From contig OZ024754.1 in the NCBI GenBank assembly GCA_964016885.1, forward strand, positions 34,534,001 through 34,598,000: DNA of 64,000 nucleotides, read 5' to 3'. The position numbers and the translations under genes are program-made. Under the pieces are notes generated by a model. That model had not been told where the DNA came from and ran no database searches. It saw nothing but the letters and a program-made list of their open reading frames with translations. Source of the stretch: Eledone cirrhosa (lineage: Eukaryota). Below are positions 1 to 10,768 of the stretch, piece by piece; the stretch's first letter is position 1, and each line of letters starts with the position of its first letter.

Positions 1-1666
1 TTGCTCGCATAGGACTGTCTGGCAGGTTTTCTACAGTTGGATGCCCTTCCTAACACCAACCACATTTACAGTGTGGGTCTGGGAGGTTTTTACCGTGTTG
101 CCTACACGGCCACATTACAGCGTGGACTGTGTGTTTTTTTGTCGTGACACCTACACGATCTCATTTGTTTCGGCCTGGATGGTGTGGCACCAACATAACT
201 TTACATAGAAGGGGGCGGTGTGGATGGGGTGGGGGTGGTGGGACGGGGGTGTATTTTGTTAGAGATGCCTACTGACTGTCGTAGGTTTTACTTTGTATTT
301 ATGTAAGGCGGGTCTTCTCTATTACTGAGTACCGCCAAAGGTCTCGGTTCAGTGACATTGTCTTGGTGAGGTGTAAGTGTGTGAGGTCGGAGTTTATCAG
401 CTCGTCCCAGGTTTTTCTGGGTCTGCCTATTCCGTGGCTACCGTCTATCTTTATTGCCCTGCACTTTGTTATACAGCTATCGTCCTTCATGCGCATCACG
501 TGACCATACCAACGTAGCCTTCTCTCTAGTAAACAACATCTGATCCTTCTTATTTCTAATTTTTTCCTTAGTTCGTTTATGCTTTGTCGTTCACGTATAT
601 TACTATTACACATCCAGCGGAGCATGCAAGCTTCGTTTCTCTCTAGTCTGCGTATATCCTCTGCACACAATGCCCAGGTCTCACTGCCATGCAACATTGC
701 TGTTCGTATGCAGGCATCGTACAACCTGCCTTTCATTTTTAGGGAGAACCCTTTAGCGGCTAATAGTGGTATAAGCTCTCTGAACTTTTTCGACCCAGTT
801 CTGACTCTAGCTACTGTATTTTCAGAGCACCCTCCCCCACTGCTGATTTTGTCACCCAGGTAACGGAAGCTGTCCACTATTTCTATAGAACCCTCTGCGC
901 AGTTGAAAGAGCTAGTATTTTGTGGGCACTTGCTGCTACTTATTGCCCCAGAACACCGGCCACATGTAAAATCTATGTTCTTAGTTAGCTTACCTGTGAT
1001 CCCACTACATCTTTTATGAACCCAAACTTTGCATTTGGGACACAAAATGGAATTTCTACCTACGCCTTTCCTACACTCTGCGCATGGCCACTTCCCGGAG
1101 GGGACCGCCGCCTTATTTTCTTTCTTACAAACTAGAACTTTAGTCTTAGCCAGGTTAATTTTAAGGCCTTTTGATTCTAGCCCGTGCTTCCATGTTTGGA
1201 ATTTCTTCTCTAGCTCGGCCATTGATTCAGCTATGAGCGTTAGATCATCTGCGTATAGGAGTTCCCATGGGCAGCCGGTCTTGAACTCCACTGTTATAGC
1301 CTGGAGGGCAATAATAAATAGTAGGGGGCTAAGAACAGAGCCCTGATGAACACCAACTTTTACACTAAACTCTTCACTATATTCGTTGTTAATTCTAACC
1401 TTGCTGACTGTTTCTTTATACATGGCTTGTATAGCTCTCACAAGCCATTCATCGACACCTAGTTTTCTAAGAGCCCACCAGATAATGGAACGGGGGACTC
1501 TGTCGAAGGCCTTCTCCAAGTCGACGAAAGCTAAGTATAGGGGTTTACTTTTAGCTAGGTACTTCTCCTGTAGTTGTCGTACAATGAAAAGAGCGTCTGT
1601 GGTACTTTTTCCTGACACAAACCCGAACTGCATTTCATCTAGATCAATTCGCTCTCTGATTAGTTG
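1..1666 (-). mobile_element. 5'-truncated RTE-clade non-LTR retrotransposon (young copy), RT C-terminal half plus 3' UTR running off the window start
   Basis: Uninterrupted RT frame ending at 299, followed (minus strand) by a C-rich 3' UTR and the AGGAAGGGCATCCAACTGTAGAAA tail module; the 5' end breaks abruptly at ~1666 against a (TA/TG)n tract. Confidence 0.93.
299..1633 (-). CDS. RTE-type reverse transcriptase fragment (444 aa) with internal PHD-like C4HC3 finger
   Basis: Motifs QFGF, AFVDLEKAFDRV, GVHQGSVLSPLLF, LLYADD (1244-1255), KTKV, FRYLG and the RTE C-terminal RRLRWYGHVMRM...GRPRKTW; no stops or frameshifts; frame continues upstream to ~1666 ([12 protein letters not shown]). Confidence 0.92.
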   Translation of the reverse strand: MQFGFVSGKSTTDALFIVRQLQEKYLAKSKPLYLAFVDLEKAFDRVPRSIIWWALRKLGVDEWLVRAIQAMYKETVSKVRINNEYSEEFSVKVGVHQGSVLSPLLFIIALQAITVEFKTGCPWELLYADDLTLIAESMAELEKKFQTWKHGLESKGLKINLAKTKVLVCKKENKAAVPSGKWPCAECRKGVGRNSILCPKCKVWVHKRCSGITGKLTKNIDFTCGRCSGAISSSKCPQNTSSFNCAEGSIEIVDSFRYLGDKISSGGGCSENTVARVRTGSKKFRELIPLLAAKGFSLKMKGRLYDACIRTAMLHGSETWALCAEDIRRLERNEACMLRWMCNSNIRERQSINELRKKLEIRRIRCCLLERRLRWYGHVMRMKDDSCITKCRAIKIDGSHGIGRPRKTWDELINSDLTHLHLTKTMSLNRDLWRYSVIEKTRLT

Positions 1667-1796
1667 TATATATGTATATATATATATGTGTGTATATATA
1701 TGTGTATATGTATATATGTATATGTATATATGTATATATATATGTATGTATATTTATATGTGTATACATATATGTGTATATATATATGTATATATA

Positions 1797-2105
1797 TCAT
1801 CATCATCATTTCATTTTACGCCCGCTTTTCCCTGCTTGCAAGGGTGGGACGGGAACTGACTCTGGCTTGATTTCTACAGCTGGATGCCCTTCCTAACACC
1901 AACCTCATTTACAGTGAGTGCTGGGTGCTTTTTTTCCATGGCACCTCCACGATGACTTTGCAGTGGAATGATAGGGACCCCAGTCTGCAATCTCATTTCT
2001 ACAGCTGAGTAAACTGGAGCAATGTGAAATAAAGTGTCTTGCTCAAGGAAACAACACATCACCCGGTCTGAGAATTGAACTCACAACCTTTCGATTGCAA
2101 GGCCA
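1797..2105 (-). mobile_element. tRNA-derived SINE (5'-truncated copy of the 26461 family)
   Basis: Near-identical reverse complement of 26490-26792; B-box GAGTTCAATTC; (ATG)n tail. Confidence 0.88.
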
Positions 2106-2239
2106 CGTAAAATGTTGATGATGATGATGGTGGTATTAAGGCGGGTTAATTTGGCAAGCGTTGGTCATTTATTCTGGCTCTCAACAATCTTCTTTTTCCT
2201 TTCTTCGCCCACTCATTCCTCTTATTTCTGAGAGGATCA

Positions 2240-2605
2240 TGGTGGCAGAGCTCTGAAACAGCCCCCCCCCCCCCTCCCAGCAGGTCCTGTCAGAAGCATC
2301 CGTCTCCAACTGATCTGGCTGGATCCCCAAACGTGACCAGCCAAGCACATGGATGTTATCCAACCAACCTACCAACTTGCTCAGGGTCTACCCTTGGGTC
2401 TGCTACCAGTTGGTTTCGCCCATAAAATCTACCCAGCAATTCTTTCCTGATACATTCTAACCGCATGCCCATAGTATCGGAGCTGTGATCTCTCAATTCG
2501 GAGAATTAGCGACTCTACCTGGAGTTACTCTCTGATCTCCGAGCTATGCATTTTATCAAGTAACATTACTTCAAAGACCTTTCGGAGGACCCCATTTCAG
2601 CTTTC
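2240..2605 (-). mobile_element. 3' fragment of Rex3/Expander-like RTE LINE
   Basis: Reverse-complement similarity to 9385-9720 (WLDNIH.LGWSRLGIQPDQLE). Confidence 0.75.
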
Positions 2606-3499
2606 AACAATCAAAATTCAAATTCTTCCAGTCTCCAATTTACCTTTCATCTATTCAGGGGGGATAAAAAAAATGTATTTTCACTGTTACTTCCTGAATG
2701 TTTTGTTGGATCAAGGGAAGGACAGCACAGAAGGTGTGCCCATGTCTACTTGTGGTTATATGGGTAGTGAAAACCCTTAGCAAAAGAATGGGACATTCTA
2801 CCAAATCATACTCAATTGCAAGTGATGGACAGAAAAAACAAAACAAATTATAAGATATGGCAATCACCTTGGAAGAATGAATAGTAGATAACATTTCTAG
2901 TGAGATGAGGTTACATCATCACCATGTTATGTCTGCCTTCCATGTTGGCATGGGTAGGACGAGTTGACACAGTCCCAAACTAGACAGGTCAGAGAGAGAC
3001 CTCTTCTGTTGCTCATAAGTTCCTTAATTTGTATGTTTTCTACAGCTTGATGTCCTTCCTAACACCAGTCATTTTAATTTTCAAAAATTCTGTTCCTAGA
3101 GTCATTACACCTCGTGTATTTTCTGAAGTTGGTAGGGCTAATTGGCAGTGTATTTTGATAGATGTCACTGATTAGAAACCACCAAGCAGAAAATATGACA
3201 TGTAATGAATTTCCATTGGTTTTCATGATAAAAGCATGACAGTATGTGCAGAGTTGTAACTATGGTATAGCAAGCATGGCTCGTGCCATGGGCTCCATTT
3301 GAAGGGAGTGCCATTTGGACTAGGAGCACTTTCTAGAGGAGTGAAAAAAGAATCTTCTTCAGATGTATGATCTCTTTTTGATTATGAGGAATGGGAAACA
3401 CTATGGTGGCTGGATAATTAAACGATTTCTATAAATAATATTTGGGCAAGGGTGCAATTTCACTGCTTGCCATTGGCACTATTTTCCCTAGATACGCCT

Positions 3500-3720
3500 C
3501 TGAGTATGTGACTTGTTTCTGATACAAAACTGTTTGGTTAAAGTGTTTATATTTATCTGAAAACTTTCCATCATAAATTTTATGTTAGAATCTTTGTTAC
3601 ATTCCAAACATCAGATAAATAATGAGAAAGTTATATTAGTAAATACATCAAAATTTTTGATTATTTTCAAAATTGTTTTAAACTTGTCTTTTCTCAGAAA
3701 TACAGTAAAGAAAGGGTTAA
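3500..3720. mobile_element. AT-rich MITE family with TTAA/AAAGGG end (piggyBac-like); related copies at ~7590-7850, ~9813-9945, ~10380-10500, ~57245-57487
   Basis: Shared internal sequence (AAAACCTTCCATCATAATTTTATG...CCAAACACCAGC...ATAAGAAAGTTATATTACTAAAT); this copy ends AAAGGG-TTAA. Confidence 0.55.
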
Positions 3721-4121
3721 GAGGGCTGAAAATGTGAGTTGGCATATAGCTGATTGTGTTTTAGGTGTTGCTTTCATAATGTCCAGGTTGCAAAGAGCAG
3801 CAACATGTTTGAAGAAGAAAGGAAGCCCAAGAGTTAACAAAGAGATAAAGTGAAATGAAACAGCTGCCAACTGCCAAGTGAAAAAGAGAAAGATTCTTTT
3901 AAATTTGGTTTTATATAACCGAAATGTCTGCTAGAATACTTTCTCTTTGATTGGTTAATAAAACTGGATGTCTGCCAGAATACTGCTCTGTGATTGGCTT
4001 ATAAAACTGGAGTGAACACTGCATAGCCAAATGGTTAAGGAGTTCACATTGCAATCATTAGGTCCTGGGTTTGATCCCTGATATATATTGATATGAATGA
4101 CCAGTTAGTTATCTGGCTTAA

Positions 4122-4341
4122 CCCTTTAATGTTCAAACTGGCCAAAACTGGCCAGAATTCTCTACCTCATTCTGTTGAAACTGGCTGTAACTGGTCACTC
4201 AAACTGATGTTAAGGTATTGTTCTCAAAATAAATATTTTCAAAATCTCGTAGATTTGATATTATGTGAGATAATTATGTGAGGTAAAGCTTTTACCATGA
4301 AAATATAATAGTATATGTAGAGTAATGTGAATGCTAAAGGG
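4122..4341. mobile_element. piggyBac-type MITE (220 bp)
   Basis: TTAA target duplication (4118-4121, 4342-4345), termini CCCTTTA...TAAAGGG; two further copies at 42581 and 43370. Confidence 0.85.
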
Positions 4342-6744
4342 TTAAAGAAACTATTTTCCAAAGTATGAAAATCGATAAAAACATCACCAATACAACACGA
4401 CATCCATCATGACTGACAATGCACATGCTCTCTCCCATGTCAAGGGAGGTCACTGCATTTATACATTTTCCATACAATCCTCCAGCATGGCTTCTTGGCC
4501 AAGTGCCTTTTGCTATAGCCTCAGGTCCACTCAATCCTTATGTATGAAATTAGGTAGATGGAAACTGATTGGCAGCAGATCTAGTGGACTGTACCTGTAA
4601 TTCAAAGAGCCAACCTTGTCACATGATGTGTCATGCTGGATATCCCTGAAATTTACGTTAAGGGGACATGTGTTTGTGGAATACTCAACCACTTGCATGT
4701 TAATTTCAAGAGCAGGTAGTTCTGTTGATCGAATAACTGGAAGACTAATCGTTGAATCTGATGGAGGTCTAGTCTAAGTCAATAAAACTGATGATGTACC
4801 AAAATGTGTGAGTAGTCACTACAAACTTTTCATGGAGAGACCAATGGAAGACCATACCTGTAGATGAGACACCTAGTTACCTGTAAAATGGTGGACAAAC
4901 AAACCAACGATGATGTAGTAAAGAGGGGACACTCAGGCACTCTCAATGATCTGACAATATTTTTAGTGTTGGTGGCCATGATAGAGTGCATTCAGTACAC
5001 TCTGTAAATTGGTGGACAAACAAACCAAAGTAATGTAGAGTAGAAGGGATCTTTTGGCACTGTCAAGGATCTGACAACCTCTCTAGTGTTGGTGCTAGAA
5101 TAAAATATAACATAAGTCACCAGGTTATCTGCTCATCAACAAATACATTGAGCATTTACAGCATCAATAGATTTAGGATGGATGGAACCACAGTATTTTC
5201 CAAGGTGGTTTCCTGTTGCATTCCAGCCAGTGTTTTTTTTTTGTTTTTTTTACATGTGGCTTAGTAGCTAGAGAGTTGGACTCACAATTACAAGGTCATG
5301 AGTTCGATTCCAGGACTGGGAACTGCGTGTTTTTGAGCAATTCGTTTTTTTTTTTTTTTCCACGTTGCTTTTTGTGATAGGTCTGGAGCCCTTATCATTA
5401 AAACACCTTAGAAAGCCCCTATGAGATGTAATTTCGTAGGAGGGCAGCTAGACCTACATAGGTGTGAGCTGTAACACATCATGATAGGACTGGTGCCCCG
5501 ATCAGTAAAAAAAAACTCAATAAATGTCTTATAGGAGGTCAGCTAGAACTACATTGCTGTGAGCTCTAGCTACAATATACCTCTATTATTAAAACACCCA
5601 AGAAACCTCCTTTGACTTGCAATTTCGTAGAAGGCCTGAGAAGGTGTGAGCTGTAAATTTAATTTTTTTCCGTTTCTAACAATTCTCTGCTATAAAGTTC
5701 ATTTTGGAAAAAATTGTAAGATATTTGTGTTAAATGATAGCATTTATCCCCTTTCTCTCTCTCTATCTATCATACCTCTCTAGCTCTCTCCTCCCCTCCC
5801 TCACTAGCTCCATCTCTCTCTCTCTTTCCTTCTTTCCTCCCTCTAGTTGTATATCTCTATCGCTCTTTCTCTCTCTTCTCTCCAGCTGTCTATATCTCTA
5901 ACTATTTCCCCCCCTCCATATATATATATATATCGTTAACTATCTCTTTCACTCTTACTCTATCTTCCTCTAGCTATCGCTCTGTCACTCTTACTCTTTC
6001 TCTCTCTTTTTTTTATGTTATATTCTACCTGTCAGTTGAAATAGACCCCTCAGCAATCCAATGGGTCAGGAGGACACATTAGTTTATTTATTACCTATTT
6101 TCTGACACGCTTCACTTCACCGACCACTCGCCCTATCAGCTAATATATCTATATAAACAGGATATGCTAACTGAAAAGCTAGACAGCAATTTTTTGAATT
6201 AACACGTTTTGATGCCCCATGTCCAGTTTGTCTATCCGCCTGTGTCTATATATGTGTGTATGTATGTATATGTGTCAAAACAGTTGTAATACAAATCAAC
6301 CCAGATCAATGGTGACTCATCTACAACACATACACACGCGCGTACAAACACACACACACACACATCAATGCAGAGCTAACAATGTCACTTTACACTAGTA
6401 GATGACTAACATGACAACTGTATATTCCGAGAAATAAATACTTTACTATTGTAGCTAAAAGTAAATATTTTTCTTTTCTTTTTTTTCTTTTTCATTGTTG
6501 CAATGTCCCAGATTATTTTTAAAAGGGGACTTCTTTTGTGTATATGTGTTTCTGTGTGTACGAACGTTACGTGTATGTATTTCTGTGTGTCTCATTAGTT
6601 CCCTTTTCTGGCAAGGTCGTAGAGTAGGTAAAATAGGGGGAGTGAGTTGCAAGTGAGCATTGAAACAAGGTTATTGACTTGATATGCTGGTGTCATTCTT
6701 TTGTATCATGATATCTGCGAATAGTTGTCCAATTTAGTAGACAC

Positions 6745-7025
6745 AAAGATCAGCAATTTGACGGGAGAGGAAAGTTGGTTACATCAGCCACAGTGCTAGA
6801 CTGGTACCTTATTTTATCGACCCCCTCCCCCCAGAGAGGACGAAAGGCAAAGTTGACCTTGGCAGGATTTGAACGCAGAACATAAAACATTATAACTACG
6901 AGTTCAAATCCAGCTCAAGTTAACTTTGCCTTTCATCCTTATAAAGTTGATAAAATAAAACCCCAGTAATGCACTGGGGTCGATTTAATCGACTTTCTCC
7001 CCCCCCAATTGCTGGCATTGTGCCC
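6745..7025. mobile_element. Two oppositely oriented copies of a second SINE family (GAGTTCAAATCC...ACTTTGCCTTTCATCC...GATAAAATAA...CACTGGGGTCGAT)
   Basis: 6745-6875 is the reverse complement of the module at 6900-7025; other copies at ~25500-25625, ~36300-36470, ~52770-52900. Confidence 0.7.
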
Positions 7026-8429
7026 ATCGATTTTTTTGGTCACACATTCCTCAGCTTATATTCGAGTATATATGTTAAATCCCTTGAAGAAATTTATACA
7101 ACACACTATCAGATGCCACCAATCCCCACTCTAATTGTAATGCAAGTCTGGATTTCCATATTTGGTGTTGCTAGCATGGATTATCGTCTAACCCATGCTA
7201 GCGTGGAAAAACGGGCGTTAAATGGTAATGATGACGATGATAGAAAGAGTAGCATGTATTTATTTCTTAAATTAAATTATGATTATAATGATGATGATGA
7301 TGATGATGACAACACCAGCAATGATGATACTTCTGTCTGACATAGACAATGGTTATAGATCATTTAGCCATTTGATACCAAACTGTTGGAACCCATCCCT
7401 GGTTTCCTGACACACAATTGCTTGTTTTAAAGTGTTGATAATTATGTTAAAACCTTCCATCATAATGTTATATATGACTGACATCCCACCCAGGAGAAGG
7501 TCTTGTATTCTCAGTTATTGAATGCCAATGAAACCAGGATAAGTTTGGGGCAGGACAGACTTTATCTGTTTTTTTAAATCTTTGTGAGCATTAGCCCTTG
7601 TGATAGTAAACCATCTGAAACTGTTTCTAGTTCTATGGTGCAAATATGTTTCTTTTAAAGTGTTTATTAAAAAAAAAAGAAAACCTTCCATCATAATTTT
7701 ATGTAAGAACCTTTGTTATGTTCCAATCACCAGCTCAATAATAAGAAAGTTATATTACTAAATCTCTCCAAATTCTTTGTATTTTGAAAATTAATTGAAA
7801 CACATTAACAGTGTATTTCATTAGAAGTATGGTAACAAAAGATTTAAATCAACTTTAGCACTTGACTAGTACTTACTTTATCAAGGCTCTGAACCTCTCT
7901 GCTCGCCTTGAACAATGTAAAATATTTATGGTGATAAGATTTTGTGAAAATTACACCAGTACTCTATACACTGTTAGAGTGCACCTATAAAAACAACATG
8001 GGAAAATTCTCATATAATACATCAAAGATGTTCATAGACAATTTTGGGCAGTTGTGCTCATGGGAGTCTGTTCTCATTGGAGTGCCAGCTTCTTGTGTAG
8101 GTCAGTAGGCTGTCCTTATTTAAATTGGTTTATTTTTTTTCCTTTCATTTCATCATTTTATGTCCACTTGCCATGCTGGCATAGGTTGAATGGGTCATCA
8201 TGATCTGAGGCTAGATGGGTCAGGGAATTACATCTTGTCTATATTATTCCATATCTGGCATAGTTTTGACACTCAAAAACAAGATGGTGTAGGACAGAAC
8301 AAATGAGAGACACAATAACAAATTAGTCACTGGAGAATTCACAGAATGTGTGACGAAAGCTTTGACAATCAAATAACTAACCATACGGTTATTAAACCAA
8401 CCAACTGGAAATTTATAATAAATTGAAGT

Positions 8430-8600
8430 GAAAACCATCCTCCATCCAAATCTACAGTATCAGAGGCACACGGAACTTTGTTGAGAAGACTCTGACTATA
8501 TCTAATCAGTAGCTTCAATCCTCCTTCACTCGTTCCTGCTCCTTACCTGTAAGGTTTGTGATATTCCAGGTTCCAATTGTCAAGGTTTGCTCCCTTTTGA
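8430..8600 (-). mobile_element. Degenerate N-terminus of AP endonuclease, Rex3/Expander-like RTE
   Basis: Minus strand translates LTIGTWNITNLTGKEQERVKED*SY*LDIV...TVDLDGGW, matching the GTWNV.SL.GKE.ELV.E...Y.LDIVG start of this family. Confidence 0.75.
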
Positions 8601-9114
8601 ACCCTCTTTGGAGTCTTGGGATATGCAATCTTTGTGCATCCATTTCACACCTCCCAAGACCAGTCACAGGCCCATTGCCAGTTTTTGTGGCATGAAATGG
8701 AGACTACAATATATTTTTCACAGAGGCTCCTCTACCTAAGGCCTGAATGCATCCATTATTAACCTGCGCGAAGGACGAAGCAGTATGGTTCTTTTTAGTT
8801 TTCCTCATTGCAGTTTCAGTTTCAGTAGTCTTGTTTGCAGCAGTCACCAATCTGGTACTTTGTCAAACCTGCTAAAACTAGGCTTTTTTAGAGGTGGCCT
8901 TTACTTGGCTGTCGTAGCGATGTCACTGGGTTGTGAGAGTTTTTTTGGAGCTACAGATGTCATCCATTGATCCATCATCCCTAGTAGTTTACCACTGTTG
9001 GTCTGAAGTTGCTTATTTGTCTGGCAGTTGCCTACTTATATTACAACTAGCCATAGTATCTGGTGGCCATATCGTTATCCGTCACTTGTGAACTGTTCTC
9101 TAGCAGTGCACTTT

Positions 9115-9730
9115 ACATGTGAATGGAGTTCCACTCGAGCAGGTAGAGAAGTTCAAGTATCTCAGGGCCATGCTCACGAGTGATGGAAAGCAGGAGGCTG
9201 AATTAAGTGCAAGAATTACAGGAGCTGGTACAGTAATGCGTCAACTTCAGCATTTAGTAATCAGAAGATGGGAGGTAGGCATAAAAGCCAAACTTGCTAT
9301 CTTCAATTTGGTATTCGTGCCAACCCTTACCTATGGTCATGAATTTTGGGTAACGACTGAAATAATATGATCGTGAATACAAGCAGCCGAAATGGGGTTC
9401 CTCCAAAGGGTCTTTGGAGTAACGTTACTTGATAGAGTGCGTAGCTTGGAGATCAGAGAGTCACTCCAGGTAGAGCTGCTACATCTCCGAATTGAGAGAT
9501 CACAGCTCTGATACTAGGGGTATGTGGTTAGAATGTCTCAGGAAAGAATTGTGGACAGATTTTACAGGCAAAACCAACTGGCAGGAGACCCATGGGTAGA
9601 CCCCAAGAAAGATGGTTGGATAACATCCATGAGCTTGGTTGATCTCACTTGGGGATCCAGCCGGATCAGTTGGAGATGGTTGTTTCTGTCAGGACCCGCT
9701 GGGAGAAGCGTCTGAGGACTCTGCCAACAA
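9115..9730 (+). mobile_element. 3' part of Rex3/Expander-like RTE RT, degenerate
   Basis: EQVEKFKYL...TSDGK...AKLAIF..VFVPTLTYGHEFWV.TE, then IQAAEMGFL and GRPKK.W with stops. Confidence 0.85.
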
Positions 9731-10768
9731 TGCAACAGTACCATCATTATCACCAGCAGTACAACATCACCAACAATAAACATTAAATATTAATTCCTCT
9801 ACTACAATTTGATTAACCTTTTCATTACCATATTTCTAATGAAAGACACTTATGATTTTCAAATAATTTTGAAAATAATCAATATTTGAATGGAATTAGT
9901 AATATCACTAAGTTTCTCATTATTAAGTTGGTGTTTTGAACATAATTTAACCCTTTTGTTATTGTATAATTAAATACATAGTATTTGAATTAATTGATTA
10001 TTTCATTATTAAAATGGTATTTGTAACATAATTATCAAAATGTTCTTATACCAAATAATATTGGAAGGTTTTAATTTAAATATATGTATGGTCTCATAAC
10101 TCCCGAGGGCGTTGTAGGGGTGCTGTAGTGACATACAGTGTTTGTAGGGCATTTTAAATCCTGGTGGAGCCCATCTCTTCCCTAGGTTTTTAATATAGCA
10201 GATTTTTTCCAGAGAGTGAGAGAATGGAAGTGAGAAAGAGATATAGATGAAGGATTGATCCCCTCCCCACAATGACTAGGCTAGTACTTTTTTTGGATGA
10301 AAGGCAAAGTTGACATGAACCTTTAAAATGTGTGTTTTATTTCATAGAACTAAAGGCTATTTGGGATGGGTTTGAGGAAAGGGGTAACAAAGTTTTTTTT
10401 AAAATTGTGATGGACAGTTTTTAGATAAATATAAACACTTTAAATTAAACAGTTTTGTATCATAAAACCAGGGGTAGTTTCATGTGGTTTGGTATAATGT
10501 TTTTGTGGTTGTTTTGAGAAGAAAATAAAGCAATAAAATAAAGAAAAAATAATAGTTATGAAGATCCAAGTAGATTCGGTTTGAGGATAGGTTACAACAG
10601 ATTTTCAGTAGTTACTAAACATCGAGTTACAAACTCCATTGGTAGGTTTTTAAGATTCTATAATTAGCACTCAATGCTATTTCATTTACTTAACTTCTAT
10701 TCTGTATTGCTGTTGTTAGTATATATATTCTTGTATTCTTATATTCCTTTCACTGATTTCACTCATTG

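Noticed and set aside
8540-8552. Apparent minus-strand splice donor CAG/GTAAGG
   Set aside because: Lies within the LINE endonuclease remnant (LTGKE codons).
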